Positions 1 through 10,900 of a stretch of DNA of 64,000 bases are shown here, one piece after another (positions within the stretch are counted from its first letter, which is position 1; every line of letters begins with the position of its first letter). A model generated the notes under the pieces. That model worked only from the letters and a program-made list of their open reading frames with translations, did no database searches and had not been told where the DNA came from. The position numbers were made by a program, and so were the translations under genes. Source of the stretch: an uncultured virus (IMG/VR IMGVR_UViG_3300038828_000030) (lineage: Duplodnaviria; Heunggongvirae; Uroviricota; Caudoviricetes); the IMG/VR virus record IMGVR_UViG_3300038828_000030. One strand, given 5' to 3'.

Positions 1-638
1 CCGCCATTGGCGCCCCATCCACCGCCGCCGCCGCCGCCCCACCAGTTCGGGCTTGTACCGTTATATGTTCCAGGCCCGGTAGTTCCGCCAATACCCCAAC
101 CACCTTTGCCGTCACCGCCTTTTGTGAATGTGCCCTGATTCGCTCCATAACCGGCGGCTGAGTTTGTTCTACCGGTTCTGCCACCGCCACCACCACCGTC
201 GTAGCTCCCAGCGTTCGAAGCGTCCCCACTACCACCACCACCCCCGCCAGCGATCACTCCGCCAGCAGCATCTATTGAGATGGGGTATTGCGCGCGCAAA
301 GCAGGGCCGCCAATGCCAGCCGGCTTTTGTCCACCGGGGCTGCCGCTTCCGCTCCCGCCAGCGCCACCCATCCCGCAGATGTAGCCCTGACAAATCAGCG
401 TGAGCACTGTCCCCGCCGGGAACGTGGCCCCGGTGTCAAAGCCATAACCTGACGTGGCCGTGGCCGACAGCACGATGCCTGCATTGACCGTGACCGTGGC
501 GCGCAGCGGTGTCACTTGATCCCACCCGGCAGCAATGGCAGCGGCCTTCAGGTTGTAGTTGCTGGTATCGGCGCTGATCGTGGGCGTGAAGACGAAGGCG
601 CCTACGTGTAACCCGATGGGTCGAACAGCAAAAGTCAT
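1..638 (-). CDS. Glycine-rich tail fibre tip/adhesin (T-even gp38-like), runs off the window
   Basis: Not in the ORF track. Read manually from ATG at 638, which overlaps the TGA of the upstream gene: MTFAVRPIGLHVGAFVFTPTISADTSNYNLKAAAIAAGWDQ..., followed by GYICGMGGAGG, GGGGGG and GGGGGGWGANGG glycine-rich motifs. Confidence 0.7.
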   Translation of the reverse strand, partial: MTFAVRPIGLHVGAFVFTPTISADTSNYNLKAAAIAAGWDQVTPLRATVTVNAGIVLSATATSGYGFDTGATFPAGTVLTLICQGYICGMGGAGGSGSGSPGGQKPAGIGGPALRAQYPISIDAAGGVIAGGGGGGSGDASNAGSYDGGGGGGRTGRTNSAAGYGANQGTFTKGGDGKGGWGIGGTTGPGTYNGTSPNWWGGGGGGGWGANG

Positions 639-1790
639 GACGGAATCACCAGCCAGTTGCCTTCCCAGCGCGCCCCACGCGACGAGTAGGTCAGGATCAG
701 CCAGCTCACGCGGTTGGCCGCCGTGTTGATGCTGCCATCCACCTTGGCGCCGGATGGCACAGCTACGGTGCGACCCCCGGTCGCGTCTTGCTGAAACCTG
801 ATCTGCACCGTCTGCCCTGCCGCCGCGTTGGACAGGGTGATCGAGGTCACGTTGCCCGTCAGCGTGGCCGGCTCGAACACGTTGCTGGTCGCACAGTCGA
901 AGGTCGGCGTGGCGCTGTGCGCAGGCGTGGCCGACGCGGTGTAGGCGCCAGCGTGTACCGTGCGGCTCGTAAAAGTCTTGACCCCGGCCACGGTCTGAGC
1001 GCCGGCCAGCTTGACGACGGCGCTGTCGTCGGCCTTGCCTGCCAGGGCCGTGGACAGGCCCGTCACGTCGCTCTGAGCGTGGGTGTGAGAGGCGTCGGCT
1101 TTACCTGCCAAATCCGCAAACGCCTGCTTGATGTTGTTGCGCAGCACTTGGAGGCGCGAGGCAACTGGCTCTGCAGTAGTAGCAGGCAACGTGGCGGTGC
1201 CTGCGGCGTCGGTGAGGGGCACGCTGTTGTCCGCCTTGCCCGCAAGTGCCACGTCCAGCCCCGCTACGTCGCCCATGGCATGCCCGTGCAATGGAATGAC
1301 GTCCGCTGGCAGCTTGTCTCCAGCAGGGAGTTCTCGGACCTCATTGGACTGCCATACGATCGGCCTGCTGCCAACGCTCGGCACAAAGACCGTCGCTGCA
1401 CCGCTCGCAATCGGCCCGCCAGACGAGAAGATCAGCGGAACCGCGGCGGACCAGGTGATACCGTCGTCGGAGTGCTGGAGGCCGAGGCTGATCGGCGGGG
1501 AAGACGGNNNNNNNNNNCGTGATGCGGACATAGACTGGCTCTACCGCCGTCGGATGGGCATATGCCAGCCAAGCCGGTAGCGGCGACCCTGTCGCGGTGC
1601 ACCACCAAGACCCGGATGCATTCTTGTCGAAGGCGGCAGAGGCCGGGTACGCAGCGCTGTACTCAGAACTCGCCGACGCCGTTCCGCCGACAGACAGATC
1701 AGTGAGCCCCGCGGAGAGGAAAGCCACCTCCGCGAGCTGCACATAGTCGAGCCCATCACATGTGATGCGCCAGTGTGTATGAGCTGCCAT
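635..1790 (-). CDS. Tail fibre protein: N-terminal discoidin/F5-8C-like domain plus fibre repeats (one gene split by the N gap)
   Basis: ORF 1341..1790 N-part (TASASSEY..YPASAAFD..WW..PAWLAY) joins ORF 635..1531 C-part (LQHSDDGITW; HTHAQSDVTGLSTALAGKA repeats) across the Ns at 1508-1517. Confidence 0.7.
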
Positions 1791-1801
1791 GGCTTGTTTC
1801 T

Positions 1802-2308
1802 TTATGCGAGCACGATCGGCATACCACGTTCAAAGTTCACGGCTGTTGCGGACACAGCCACGCCGATCTGCTGCACCACGTTGCCTGATGCGCTCGGGAT
1901 CGTGGCGCCGCCCGCGCCCGCCGTGGTCTGCAGATACACCGGGCCGGGCGTCTGACCCGTCACCTGGTTGTTCGTGCCCTCGAAATACACCGTGGCCGGG
2001 TTGCCGCTGGTCACTGCCGAGAGGACAAAGCCGTGGACTTCTTTGCCTGCGGTCGTGGCATCAGCCTTGCGCACTTTGGCGCCAGAGTCGTTCCAGACGT
2101 TCACCCAATCCCCAGCAGCGAGCGTTTCGCTCGCGGTGATCGTGGCCGTGTCGGCGCCAATACCTACCGGCATCATGCTGTTGTCGATGCGCCCGGTGTC
2201 ATCCAGCGACACTAGGTCGCCAGCGTTGCCGGCGCCTGCCGACGTCTGCACGCCGAAGATTTCAGTGAGCACGCCATTGACGAGGCGTAGGAATTTCTTT
2301 GCAGCCAT
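1802..2308 (-). CDS. Virion structural protein (tail/fibre-associated), 168 aa
   Basis: SD GAAGGAG; Gly/Ala/Thr-rich beta protein within the tail operon. Confidence 0.65.
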   Translation of the reverse strand: MAAKKFLRLVNGVLTEIFGVQTSAGAGNAGDLVSLDDTGRIDNSMMPVGIGADTATITASETLAAGDWVNVWNDSGAKVRKADATTAGKEVHGFVLSAVTSGNPATVYFEGTNNQVTGQTPGPVYLQTTAGAGGATIPSASGNVVQQIGVAVSATAVNFERGMPIVLA

Positions 2309-2320
2309 GGTGGCACTCCT

Positions 2321-2800
2321 TCAGGTTAAAACAATGGGGGGTTGAACATCGACACGGATGCGGGTTGGTGCCAGCGCAAAGCCGACGACTTGGGCGAACA
2401 GGGCGCCTGGTGGCAGGGTCTGAACCAATGCCCCAGACAGCCCGGCAAGGACAGGGCCAGGCGCGAACGACCAGCCCGCGTGTACCAGCTCGAAATCCGT
2501 CTGTACCACGGCCAGGTCGCCGGGGCTGTAGGCGTTGCCCACTACACCCTGAACCGCGCCGATGTGCGCTGGGTTGGTGCAGTCCGCGTAGACCAGCAGC
2601 CCGCCCGAGTCCAAGGCAACGGCGGTATGCCCGCTGATGGGGGCTGCGCCAACCATGACCGTGGTGGCTCCACCGGCTGGGCCGGGGATGCCCTGGGGGC
2701 CACGCGGGCCTTGGGCTGCGGCCTCCAGAACCTCGACGTCGGTATCCACCTCGATGATGATTTCCGACTCGTCGTCAATGATGAGCAGTTCGGTATCCAT
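2321..2800 (-). CDS. Virion protein with short collagen-like segment, 159 aa
   Basis: QGPRGPQGIPGPAGG; tightly packed in the operon. Confidence 0.65.
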   Translation of the reverse strand: MDTELLIIDDESEIIIEVDTDVEVLEAAAQGPRGPQGIPGPAGGATTVMVGAAPISGHTAVALDSGGLLVYADCTNPAHIGAVQGVVGNAYSPGDLAVVQTDFELVHAGWSFAPGPVLAGLSGALVQTLPPGALFAQVVGFALAPTRIRVDVQPPIVLT

Positions 2801-2803
2801 GGG

Positions 2804-3283
2804 TCACCTCGCTGCGAATACATCCGCTGCCGTGGCGCGGGAGGAAACATTGGCGTCAATGCGGGCGAGTTCCGCGGCGATGTCCGCACGCACCGCCGCC
2901 GCAATCTCGCTGGCCGTCGGCCCTGTGCTACCGCTGGTTGCGATGCCCTGGGCCTGCACCGGAACGGTGTAGTTCACGTTCACCTGGTAGGTGCCAAGTG
3001 TGCCGACCACGGGGACGCCACCTCCATCGACAAACAGGTTCCCCGTGATGGTCAGGTTGTGGCTGGCCTCCATGGGTCGCACGCGCCAGCCGTTCAGCAG
3101 GAAGAAGTACGGCGGAATGAACAACCCGCCGCCAAGGGCGTTGCCCCCAACAAGCTGAAACGCCAACGGCCACTGCTGATTGGCTTCATGCCAATCCACC
3201 CAGGCGCTCCATATCTGTGCCGCGCTCACGCTGGCACTGTCAAGGAGGATGCGCTTGGCGGCGCCGTTCAGGGTGATCGCCAT
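2804..3283 (-). CDS. Hypothetical virion protein, 159 aa (start MAITLNG)
   Basis: ATG at 3283, 2 nt after the upstream stop; the longer ORF start overlaps the upstream gene. Confidence 0.65.
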   Translation of the reverse strand: MAITLNGAAKRILLDSASVSAAQIWSAWVDWHEANQQWPLAFQLVGGNALGGGLFIPPYFFLLNGWRVRPMEASHNLTITGNLFVDGGGVPVVGTLGTYQVNVNYTVPVQAQGIATSGSTGPTASEIAAAVRADIAAELARIDANVSSRATAADVFAAR

Positions 3284-3285
3284 GT

Positions 3286-4635
3286 TTATGCCACGTAGCT
3301 TGGGTCGGCCTCGGCCACAGCGCTGACGCTGATGCCCTTGGACTGTGTGATCTGGCCGGTACTCACGCCAGGCTTCGCAACGCCAGGGTTGCCCCACACC
3401 AGCGTTACGTCGCGGTTCGTGCTGCCAAGGTAGCCGCCCTGCGTGTTGTCGGAGTAATCGAACGTGAACGCGATGCTGGCCCCGGTGATCGTGCCGGTGA
3501 TGTCAACACCGTCCTTGTCCTTGACGATGATCGCCGTACCCTCGCCGAAGTCGTCGCCGCCCGGTGTAGTGGTGTAGTACAGCGTGTAGTAGCCAGTGCC
3601 GCCGCTGGTCAGGTTGCTGTTGAAATTCAGCGTACCTGCGGAGGCATAGGGGAACACCCGCTCCACGCCGTTGTCGTCAATGAAAACCACGTCGTTGAGG
3701 TCGGCGGCAATCGGCGTGAAGAAGGCGCGCGTGTATAGGGTTGGCCCCACAAACCAGCAAATCAGGTCGGCGGTCTTGCCCGTCACCGTTCCTGCCGTGC
3801 CCCCCGTGTTGATGTTGCTGTTCTGGCGCAGCAGGTACTGCATGCGCGTGTAAATCTGGTGGCGCGTCAGGTTCGTGTGCGTGATGTACTTCTTGAACGG
3901 GTAGCTGCCTGCGCCGATGGTCGCGTTGCTGGTCGCGCTGTTGTAGGCAATGGTGCAGGTGTCGTAGGGCGTCAGCACCACGTTTGTGTCGTTCGCGGTC
4001 AGGTTCAGGTCGGCTGCCGTGTTGATACCGAACGGCAGCTTGTACGGGCCCGTCGCTGTCTCGGAAATGTCCGTCAGCGAAACATCATCGAATGTGTAGC
4101 CATACGTGCGGTTGAACGACTTGAAGAACGTGCGGTGGTCAAAACTTCCGTTGCTCGCATCCCCATACACCTGCCGTGCTTCGTTGGGCAGGTCGGTGAA
4201 GGTGTAGTCGATGGCTGGGCCACTGGCTTCCTTCTGGTAGTAGCACTGCGAACCAGCAGACACGCCGCCCTGCAGCACCGCGCCGAAGTACACCCGGTTC
4301 AGCACCCCGGCGTTGCTGTACTCGTTCCAGCCGCCGTTGCGCAGCATCTGGCGCGTGGTGTTGTCGGCAGGCTTCCAGCCGTTGTAGGTGCCGCCAGGGT
4401 CGCGGCCAAAGATGTACTGGCCCGAACGGTTGTCCACCTTGTTCATCGGGAACGGGAACGGCTTGTAGGTCGCCGTGGCCCACTTGTCCACAAAGAACGA
4501 CCACAGCGCGTTCATGTCCACGCCGTCTTTTGCTACAAGGTTGCCCGCTTCCACCAGCGTGAAGGTGCGCGCTCCGGTGTTGATGGTGATCTCTGTGCCG
4601 ATGTTCAGCAGGTCTGGGTCTTGGATAAGCGCCAT
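3286..4635 (-). CDS. Virion structural/tail protein, 449 aa
   Basis: SD GAAGGA; Thr/Gly/Tyr-rich; strong GC3 codon bias. Confidence 0.7.
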   Translation of the reverse strand: MALIQDPDLLNIGTEITINTGARTFTLVEAGNLVAKDGVDMNALWSFFVDKWATATYKPFPFPMNKVDNRSGQYIFGRDPGGTYNGWKPADNTTRQMLRNGGWNEYSNAGVLNRVYFGAVLQGGVSAGSQCYYQKEASGPAIDYTFTDLPNEARQVYGDASNGSFDHRTFFKSFNRTYGYTFDDVSLTDISETATGPYKLPFGINTAADLNLTANDTNVVLTPYDTCTIAYNSATSNATIGAGSYPFKKYITHTNLTRHQIYTRMQYLLRQNSNINTGGTAGTVTGKTADLICWFVGPTLYTRAFFTPIAADLNDVVFIDDNGVERVFPYASAGTLNFNSNLTSGGTGYYTLYYTTTPGGDDFGEGTAIIVKDKDGVDITGTITGASIAFTFDYSDNTQGGYLGSTNRDVTLVWGNPGVAKPGVSTGQITQSKGISVSAVAEADPSYVA

Positions 4636-4645
4636 GGTGATTCCT

Positions 4646-7216
4646 TCAGGCCAAATAGCTCACGTCCGCCACCTGAGCGCACGGGAGTGATGCGTTGCTA
4701 CTGCCGAGGCTGTAGCCGCGAATGAAGAACGGCATGTAGCCGGGGTTGTAGACCGCAATGTCAACACTCTCTGGCGCCTCGTAGGTGTAGGCGTAGGTCG
4801 TGCCCGCGTTCTCTTCCTGCGTGGCGCGCACGGTTTCTGTGCCTGCAGCCAGGATGGTCACGTCGCTCCCTGCCACCAGGCCCGTCAGCGTCAGCGTGAC
4901 CGTGTCGAGGGGGTATTGCTCGTTCTGTGCCGTGCTGTTCGTCACGGTCGGAATCGCAATCTGCGTCAGCAGGTTGCCAGCGTTCGCCGTGGCACAGGTG
5001 GCCCGCACCTTGAGCTTGACGCCCGTTGCCGGGGTGATCGCGCCTGCGCCGTTCAGGTTCGTCGCATTCAGCGTCAGCCATGTTCCGTTGTAGCCAGCGC
5101 CCTTGTCGTACTGGAACTCGTAGGTCAGGTTGCCGGTGTTCGTGCCGGTGAGCGTCGGGGCAAGGTTTGCCAGCGCTGTGTGCCCCTTGGCGAAGTACGG
5201 CATCTCCCACGTCACCTGCTGGCCCACCACCGTCAGCGCCACTTGACCCGCGCTGTTGAACTTCGGCGAGCCGCTGGTAATCGCGCACTGCGCCGCACTT
5301 GCCGTCGTCGGCTCGTTGCACAGGATTTCGATTTTGCCCACCGTCGCGCTGGTAAAACTGTCCTTCCAGTGCGTGCCGTACACCGAGGTCTGGCCGGTCG
5401 TTGCGCCCGTCAGGCGCACGCCCTTGGCAATGGTGTTCAGCGCCGCGATGACAGACGTATCGGCGTAGTCGCCCGCCACCGTCTCGATGGTGATGTTGTT
5501 GTCCGAGTTCAAAAACGCATACGGCCCGATGCGCGTGTTGCTCACGTAGCAGCGCTGCACAAAGCCTGTGTCGTTGTTGCCGCCACCGTTGATGATGACG
5601 CCACAGGCGTTCGCGCTGCCCATGTTGAGCGCAGACGACGTGCTGCCGATGTTGCGCAGCTTCCAGTCGTAGCAGGCCGAGGTGTTCACAACGCCACTGT
5701 ACGGATGGACGTTCGTGAGGCCCATGAAATCGACGCCATCAACCTTCCAACCAACGCAGCCGGTCGCGAAGTCGAGCGCGTAGTGCGGATTGCCCGTACC
5801 AGTCGTGCCACTGAAGCTGTCGGCGTGGTGGTGATTTGTGATGGTCGGGCGCTGTGCACCAACGTGTGCCATCCGCCCGCCAATGTTCGTGCAGTTGTCC
5901 CATGTGCAATCGACGGTCTGTGTCGCCGCCCATGCCCCCGTGGTCGCGGTGCCACGGTTCAGCAGGGTCTGCGACTTCACGTTGCTGAACGTCACGCCCT
6001 TGCTGTAGTTGCAGATATTGACGTAGGCACCCGAGGTCGCAAGCGAGAAGCGGGTAAATAGCGCGTTCTGCACCGCGCCCCCGGCGAAGCAGGAAAGCAT
6101 GTACAGCGCAAAGTTAAGCTGCGCCTGCGTCGGCGACACGATCACGTTATCCACGTTGATCGGGCTGGCGATTTCTTGCAGGATCAACGAGTCACTGATG
6201 GCGCTGTTCGTCACGTCGGCGCGGTAGGCTTGCAGGAAGTTGCCGTACCACTGAAACACAGCCTTGTCGATGGCGATGTCCCCCGCCGCCGTGGTGACGA
6301 ATTCCTGCCGCGTGGCAAGGGTCGCATTCGGCAACACGCGAGGGCCGGAGCCGCTGGCCGTGCGCGTGCAGCAGGTGAAAATCACGTTCGGGATGCGCAC
6401 CTTGCAGCCCGTGGGCGGCAGGAATCCCACGTTGTTCGTGCCGTCCGAGCCAATGCGGATGCCGCTCGTGGTCTGCCACACGATCTTGCCGCGCTCGTCG
6501 GTCGGAATGGTGGAAAGCGCAACGATGGAACCCGCGCCAGAGAAGCGCTCATAGACGCCGGAGCCTGCCGCCGTCTCGATCCACACGCCGGGGAAAACGC
6601 CCGCCACCGTCGCGGTCGTCGGGCACGGAATCACTTGCCCCCGCGTGCCGTTGGTCGCGCCCAGCTCGAACCAGTCGCCGGTCACTTCAAACGCGCCGAT
6701 ACGCGGCACGGTGACGGCCGCCGTATCAGCCCCGCGCACCTCGATCCAGCCGACCACATCTGCGCCCGTTGCCGATGCGCCGATGCCGGTGAGCGCCCCG
6801 GCAGCGAAGTCGCCACCTGTTTTGCCCTTGACCTTGATGTAGCCCGATGCGGGCATCGCAGCCGCCGCAGCGGTAGGTTCCGCTTGCCAGCCCGACCAGA
6901 CACCCAGCAGCGTAGCGGAGACGCCGCCTTGCGAAACCGTCGTACCGATGGCAGGTACGTTGCCCGTGCCAGTGTTGTACGGGATAACCCGCACGTTCGT
7001 GCCATCGACCTTGAGCTTACCGCCCGTGCCGCTGAACGTGACGGTATCGACCGAGCCGAAAGCCGTGCTATGGTTCGCGCATTGGTACGTGTCGGTGTCG
7101 ATCAGCAGCGTCGTGCCGTTACTGATGGTGTATGAGTCCAGCGTGGCATTGACGCTACCCCCGGTCTTAGAATCCCAGTTCTCGACGCCGCCAGAGTTGC
7201 AGGTGAACGCAGTCAT
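4646..7216 (-). CDS. Tailspike-like/receptor-binding protein, 856 aa
   Basis: Thr/Gly/Asn-rich central region with beta-helix-like periodicity; located in the tail operon. Confidence 0.6.
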   Translation of the reverse strand: MTAFTCNSGGVENWDSKTGGSVNATLDSYTISNGTTLLIDTDTYQCANHSTAFGSVDTVTFSGTGGKLKVDGTNVRVIPYNTGTGNVPAIGTTVSQGGVSATLLGVWSGWQAEPTAAAAAMPASGYIKVKGKTGGDFAAGALTGIGASATGADVVGWIEVRGADTAAVTVPRIGAFEVTGDWFELGATNGTRGQVIPCPTTATVAGVFPGVWIETAAGSGVYERFSGAGSIVALSTIPTDERGKIVWQTTSGIRIGSDGTNNVGFLPPTGCKVRIPNVIFTCCTRTASGSGPRVLPNATLATRQEFVTTAAGDIAIDKAVFQWYGNFLQAYRADVTNSAISDSLILQEIASPINVDNVIVSPTQAQLNFALYMLSCFAGGAVQNALFTRFSLATSGAYVNICNYSKGVTFSNVKSQTLLNRGTATTGAWAATQTVDCTWDNCTNIGGRMAHVGAQRPTITNHHHADSFSGTTGTGNPHYALDFATGCVGWKVDGVDFMGLTNVHPYSGVVNTSACYDWKLRNIGSTSSALNMGSANACGVIINGGGNNDTGFVQRCYVSNTRIGPYAFLNSDNNITIETVAGDYADTSVIAALNTIAKGVRLTGATTGQTSVYGTHWKDSFTSATVGKIEILCNEPTTASAAQCAITSGSPKFNSAGQVALTVVGQQVTWEMPYFAKGHTALANLAPTLTGTNTGNLTYEFQYDKGAGYNGTWLTLNATNLNGAGAITPATGVKLKVRATCATANAGNLLTQIAIPTVTNSTAQNEQYPLDTVTLTLTGLVAGSDVTILAAGTETVRATQEENAGTTYAYTYEAPESVDIAVYNPGYMPFFIRGYSLGSSNASLPCAQVADVSYLA

Positions 7217-7524
7217 GGGGTCGTGTCCTCAATTACAGACAGCAGACCCGCGCCGTCGTAGCCCAAGGTGCGCGTGCGGGTGACGACCATGGAACCGTCG
7301 CGGTAAGTGATGGACGCCAGTCTGCCCTGGCCGTCGTAAGCAAGTTGGCGCACTTCGGACAGGGCTGTGCCGTCCTGGTAAATCCGTACCTCGGACAACT
7401 TCCCAGCGGTGTAGAACAGCTCGCGGCGCAATGGCGGCTGCGCGTCTCCTGGCCCTGGGGGGCCTTGGACAGCCACCTCCAGGATTTCCAGAGTCTCGAG
7501 TTCTTCGACAAGCACATCAGACAC
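7213..7524 (-). CDS. Hypothetical protein with YD-like repeats, 103 aa
   Basis: LAYDGQGRLASI and LGYDGAGLLSVI; overlaps both neighbours, suggesting translational coupling. Confidence 0.6.
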   Translation of the reverse strand: MSDVLVEELETLEILEVAVQGPPGPGDAQPPLRRELFYTAGKLSEVRIYQDGTALSEVRQLAYDGQGRLASITYRDGSMVVTRTRTLGYDGAGLLSVIEDTTP

Positions 7525-7879
7525 GGGTCACCTCCGGCGACACGCTGATGGAGCCCTGGGCAAGTCTGCGCACATCCCCACCGGGGAACTCGATCTCCAA
7601 ATCCCAAACACCCTCCGTCCAAGTGAACAACGTGCTCGCATCGTCCGAGACAAACAGCTCAATGGTTCCGGCCACACCGCCCAGCGTGATGCCGCCGTTG
7701 GCCGTGGTGAGTTCGAGCAGCACAGTGGGCGACTCGACTTCGGGGCGCACCTGCATGCGTGCAGTGCAGCCAGTCAGGTCGATGGGCGTTTGCGCAGGCA
7801 GCGGCCCCTTCCACGTCAGGCGCTTGCGGAACGTCGCGCCCTGGTAGATGGTGAACTTGAGCTTGGCCGGGGATGTCAT
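7517..7879 (-). CDS. Fibre-attachment adaptor (BppU N-terminal-like), 120 aa
   Basis: IYQGATF..PIDLTGCTARMQVR..WDLEI..VRRLAQG pattern typical of phage fibre-anchoring domains. Confidence 0.65.
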   Translation of the reverse strand: MTSPAKLKFTIYQGATFRKRLTWKGPLPAQTPIDLTGCTARMQVRPEVESPTVLLELTTANGGITLGGVAGTIELFVSDDASTLFTWTEGVWDLEIEFPGGDVRRLAQGSISVSPEVTRV

Positions 7880-7929
7880 GCCCCGCAGTATTCCAACTGC
7901 AGGGCATGTGGCAAAACCCTATACCGGGG
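7880..7929 (-). promoter_or_regulatory. Late promoter motif copy 1 (leaderless)
   Basis: Minus strand CCCCGGT-ATAGGGTT (core 7915-7922), -10-like AATACT, ATG 35 nt after the core. Confidence 0.7.
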
Positions 7930-7964
7930 CAAAATGAAGCGCCGTTCCGCAATACCTATGCAAA

Positions 7965-10900
7965 CTAGTCAGTGCCAGCAAACGCGAACCGCCCAGCATC
8001 CATCGCATCACGCCGGTTGCGCGGCAAGTACACCCCGTCCTGCGCCTGGTCGATGCGCTTGTTCCGGTTGCGCACGCTCTGCAACACGTTCAATGGGGTG
8101 ATGCGCCGGGTTGGGTTCTTCTGGTTGAAGCGCTCGATCTCCTTCATGGCTTCGGCCCTGGCCTCGGTGTCCTTGGCCATGGCTGCGCGGGCAGCTTTGG
8201 TCAGCAACTCCTGGCGGCGCTCGCCCAAGGCGCGGTCATGGGCCATCACGGCACTTTTGCCCTCTTGAGCATTGCGCGCCTGCGATGGCGAGAAGCCCAG
8301 CGCCTGCCCGGCTACAGCCGCTGGGCTGACCTCATCCAGAATGCTGATGCCCGATTTGTCTTGCACCCCTTCATTGGCATAGCGAATCGCCTTTACCGTC
8401 CCACGCAGGGCAGAAGGAAGCATCGCCTCCAGGCCCAGGGCATAGCGGCCTTCACTCATGTGCTGCGCGCCCTTGAGCATATTCACTCCAATGCCCGCCA
8501 CTGGCCCCAGGGCGGCTGCCATGGCAGATTCGGCCAGGCGCTGGCCTTCCAGCCCCTCCTGCACATCCGGGAAGATCAGCCGATCCAGCCCCACCCGGCT
8601 GGAAATGTCCCACGGCGTCAGGCGCGACAGGCCATGCGCCAGTACCTCGGCTGGCTTCTGCCCGAAGGCGTCGGCCAACATGTTCTGCAGCGCCACCTTG
8701 GCATCCCACGGCTCGTCGTCGTCGCCACCGATCATCGAGGCCGCAGCCAGCAGTGTCGTTACCATGGGCAACCCCAGCACCCCGGCGGCTGCTGCATGGG
8801 TGGCCAGCAACCCGCCCAGCGCCTTGCGCGCCTGCGCCCGGACTTCTGGTGATTCGCCCTTGATGGACTGCTGCGCGTTGCGCGCCAGGGTGTAAACCAT
8901 GTTCTGGCCGTACTGCTTGAACAGCAGCAACACCTTGGCCACGTTGCCCTGCATGATGCGGGGGCGATTTGCGGCACTGTAATCAAAGTGCCCGTCGTAG
9001 GTTGCCTTGGTCGCCTGCTCGAATGCCGCCTTGTGGTCGGCGCCAGCTTCGCGCGCCAGCCGGTAGGCCGCCACAAACGTCACCTGCCGATTGAAGCGCT
9101 CGGCGTTGTGGAACAGGAAAGAAGCCCAGCGCATCACCGGGCGCAGCTTCCACATCACCCCAGCATCTTCGCCCTGTGCAATACCGGCCAGGTCATGCGC
9201 CATGGTCACGTCAATGGTGCCAGCGCGCACCGCCTCATCGTAGGCCGCGCGCTCGTCTGCATTGAGCGATCCTGTAATGTCGTTCTTTCCTGCTGCTGCC
9301 TGCTTGCTGGCCTTGAGCAGCGCAGCACTGGCTTTACCAAAACCCCACTTTGCTCCCATGATCGGATATGCCACCAGCGCCGTCTGGCTCAGGTTGACCA
9401 TGGCCGATGCGGGCGACAGCCCCAGGTGGAACACGAAACCCAGGCTGGTCAGCGCCGTGGACAGAGGGTTGCTCTTGGGGTTCATCAGCGACTCATGCCG
9501 CTTGTTCATTTCGTCCACCACGCGCTGAGCACTGTTCTGGTCGAAGTCCTCCACCTCGCGCCAGTCGTCCACATGCTTTTGCATGGCGGCCAACTGGTCT
9601 TGCATCAGGTCTGAGTAGCGCAGCTTGGCCAGATACCGTGCGCCGTGGAACATATTTTGAGCAAAGGCCCGGCGCGCGTCCTGGCTGAACCCCGGCGTGC
9701 CCTTGCGGTGAATGCCGTGCTTGGCCCAGCTCAGGTCTGGCAGGCTCGACAGGTAGAGCTGGCCCAGCGTGTCCTCCAGCTCCGCGCGCTGCGCGGCATC
9801 CATATCCTGCTTGTCCAGCACCTGGTACAGCTCGGTCATGAAGCCCCGCCCCACCGCATCGCGGTCGGCGATGAACTCCTTGGACAGCATCACCCGGCCC
9901 ACGGTAAAGCCCTTGTCACGCGGGAAGGCTGCCAGCAGATTGTTGCGCAGCGCCTCGGCCTCGTCCTTGGCTTCTGCCCGGCTCACGCTTTCCACCTTGC
10001 CATCTGGCCCCTTCACCGTTACGGCGTACTGACCGAAACGTGCCAGCGGGAAATACACACCCTTGATGGCTTTGAAAAACTCGTCGTCCATCTGCTTGAG
10101 CAAAGCGGCCTTGCGCTCGCCCTTGATTTCGCTGCGCTCGATGCGCTCCTTGATAGCGCTGCGCACCCTGGCGTGGTGAGCCTGGTAGGAGTCGCGAGTG
10201 TCCGTGTAAACCTGCTTGGCCTCTGCGCTCAGGGCATTGAACCGGCCTTGCAGCGTCATGTACCGGGCCTTGTCGTCGCCATCCACATAGGGTTTTGCGG
10301 GGTCGATCTGCGCCAGTGTTGCGTCGTGCATCAGGTCTGCCAGCTTGGCCTCGTCGGGCAGCTTGGCCCAGCGCGTCACCAGTTGATCCGCCTCAGCGCC
10401 GCCCTCGTTTTTGTCGGCCTCCATCTGCGTCACCAGCGTGTTGTACTCGGCCAGCGGCAGCATGTCGCCGTAGATGTCCACGATCTGGCGGCGGCCAAGG
10501 GCCTGCAAACCAATGCCAAGGTAGTCGGTCAGTTTGAAGCCAGCGCGCTGCTTGACGTTGGCCACCGTGATGGACTTGATTGCGTCTCCCATGCGCGCAG
10601 CAACACCTGCGGTGTCAGCGCTGCGGAAACGAATGTCGGCGGTATCAGGGTCGAAGTCTCCGTTGTTGCCTATGGCGGATTTCACCTGCTCCGGGTAGAA
10701 GGCAACAATCTCGCCGCTGCGCATATCAATCACACCGTCATACCCGCGTGCGATCAATTCCGCCCGTGCGTTTTCCTCACCCTTCCACGAAGCGACACGC
10801 GCAGCCTCTGCGCCGGTTGCTGGGTTCTTGATGGAAACATAGAGCGGGTAAACGGTCGGGCTTTTATAACCGCGATAAATTGCATAGTCGCTGGCACCTT

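Noticed and set aside
1341..1790. Programmed frameshifts or pseudogenes in the fibre gene and the wHTH gene (43371-43716)
   Set aside because: The frame changes coincide with 10-N assembly gaps of arbitrary length.
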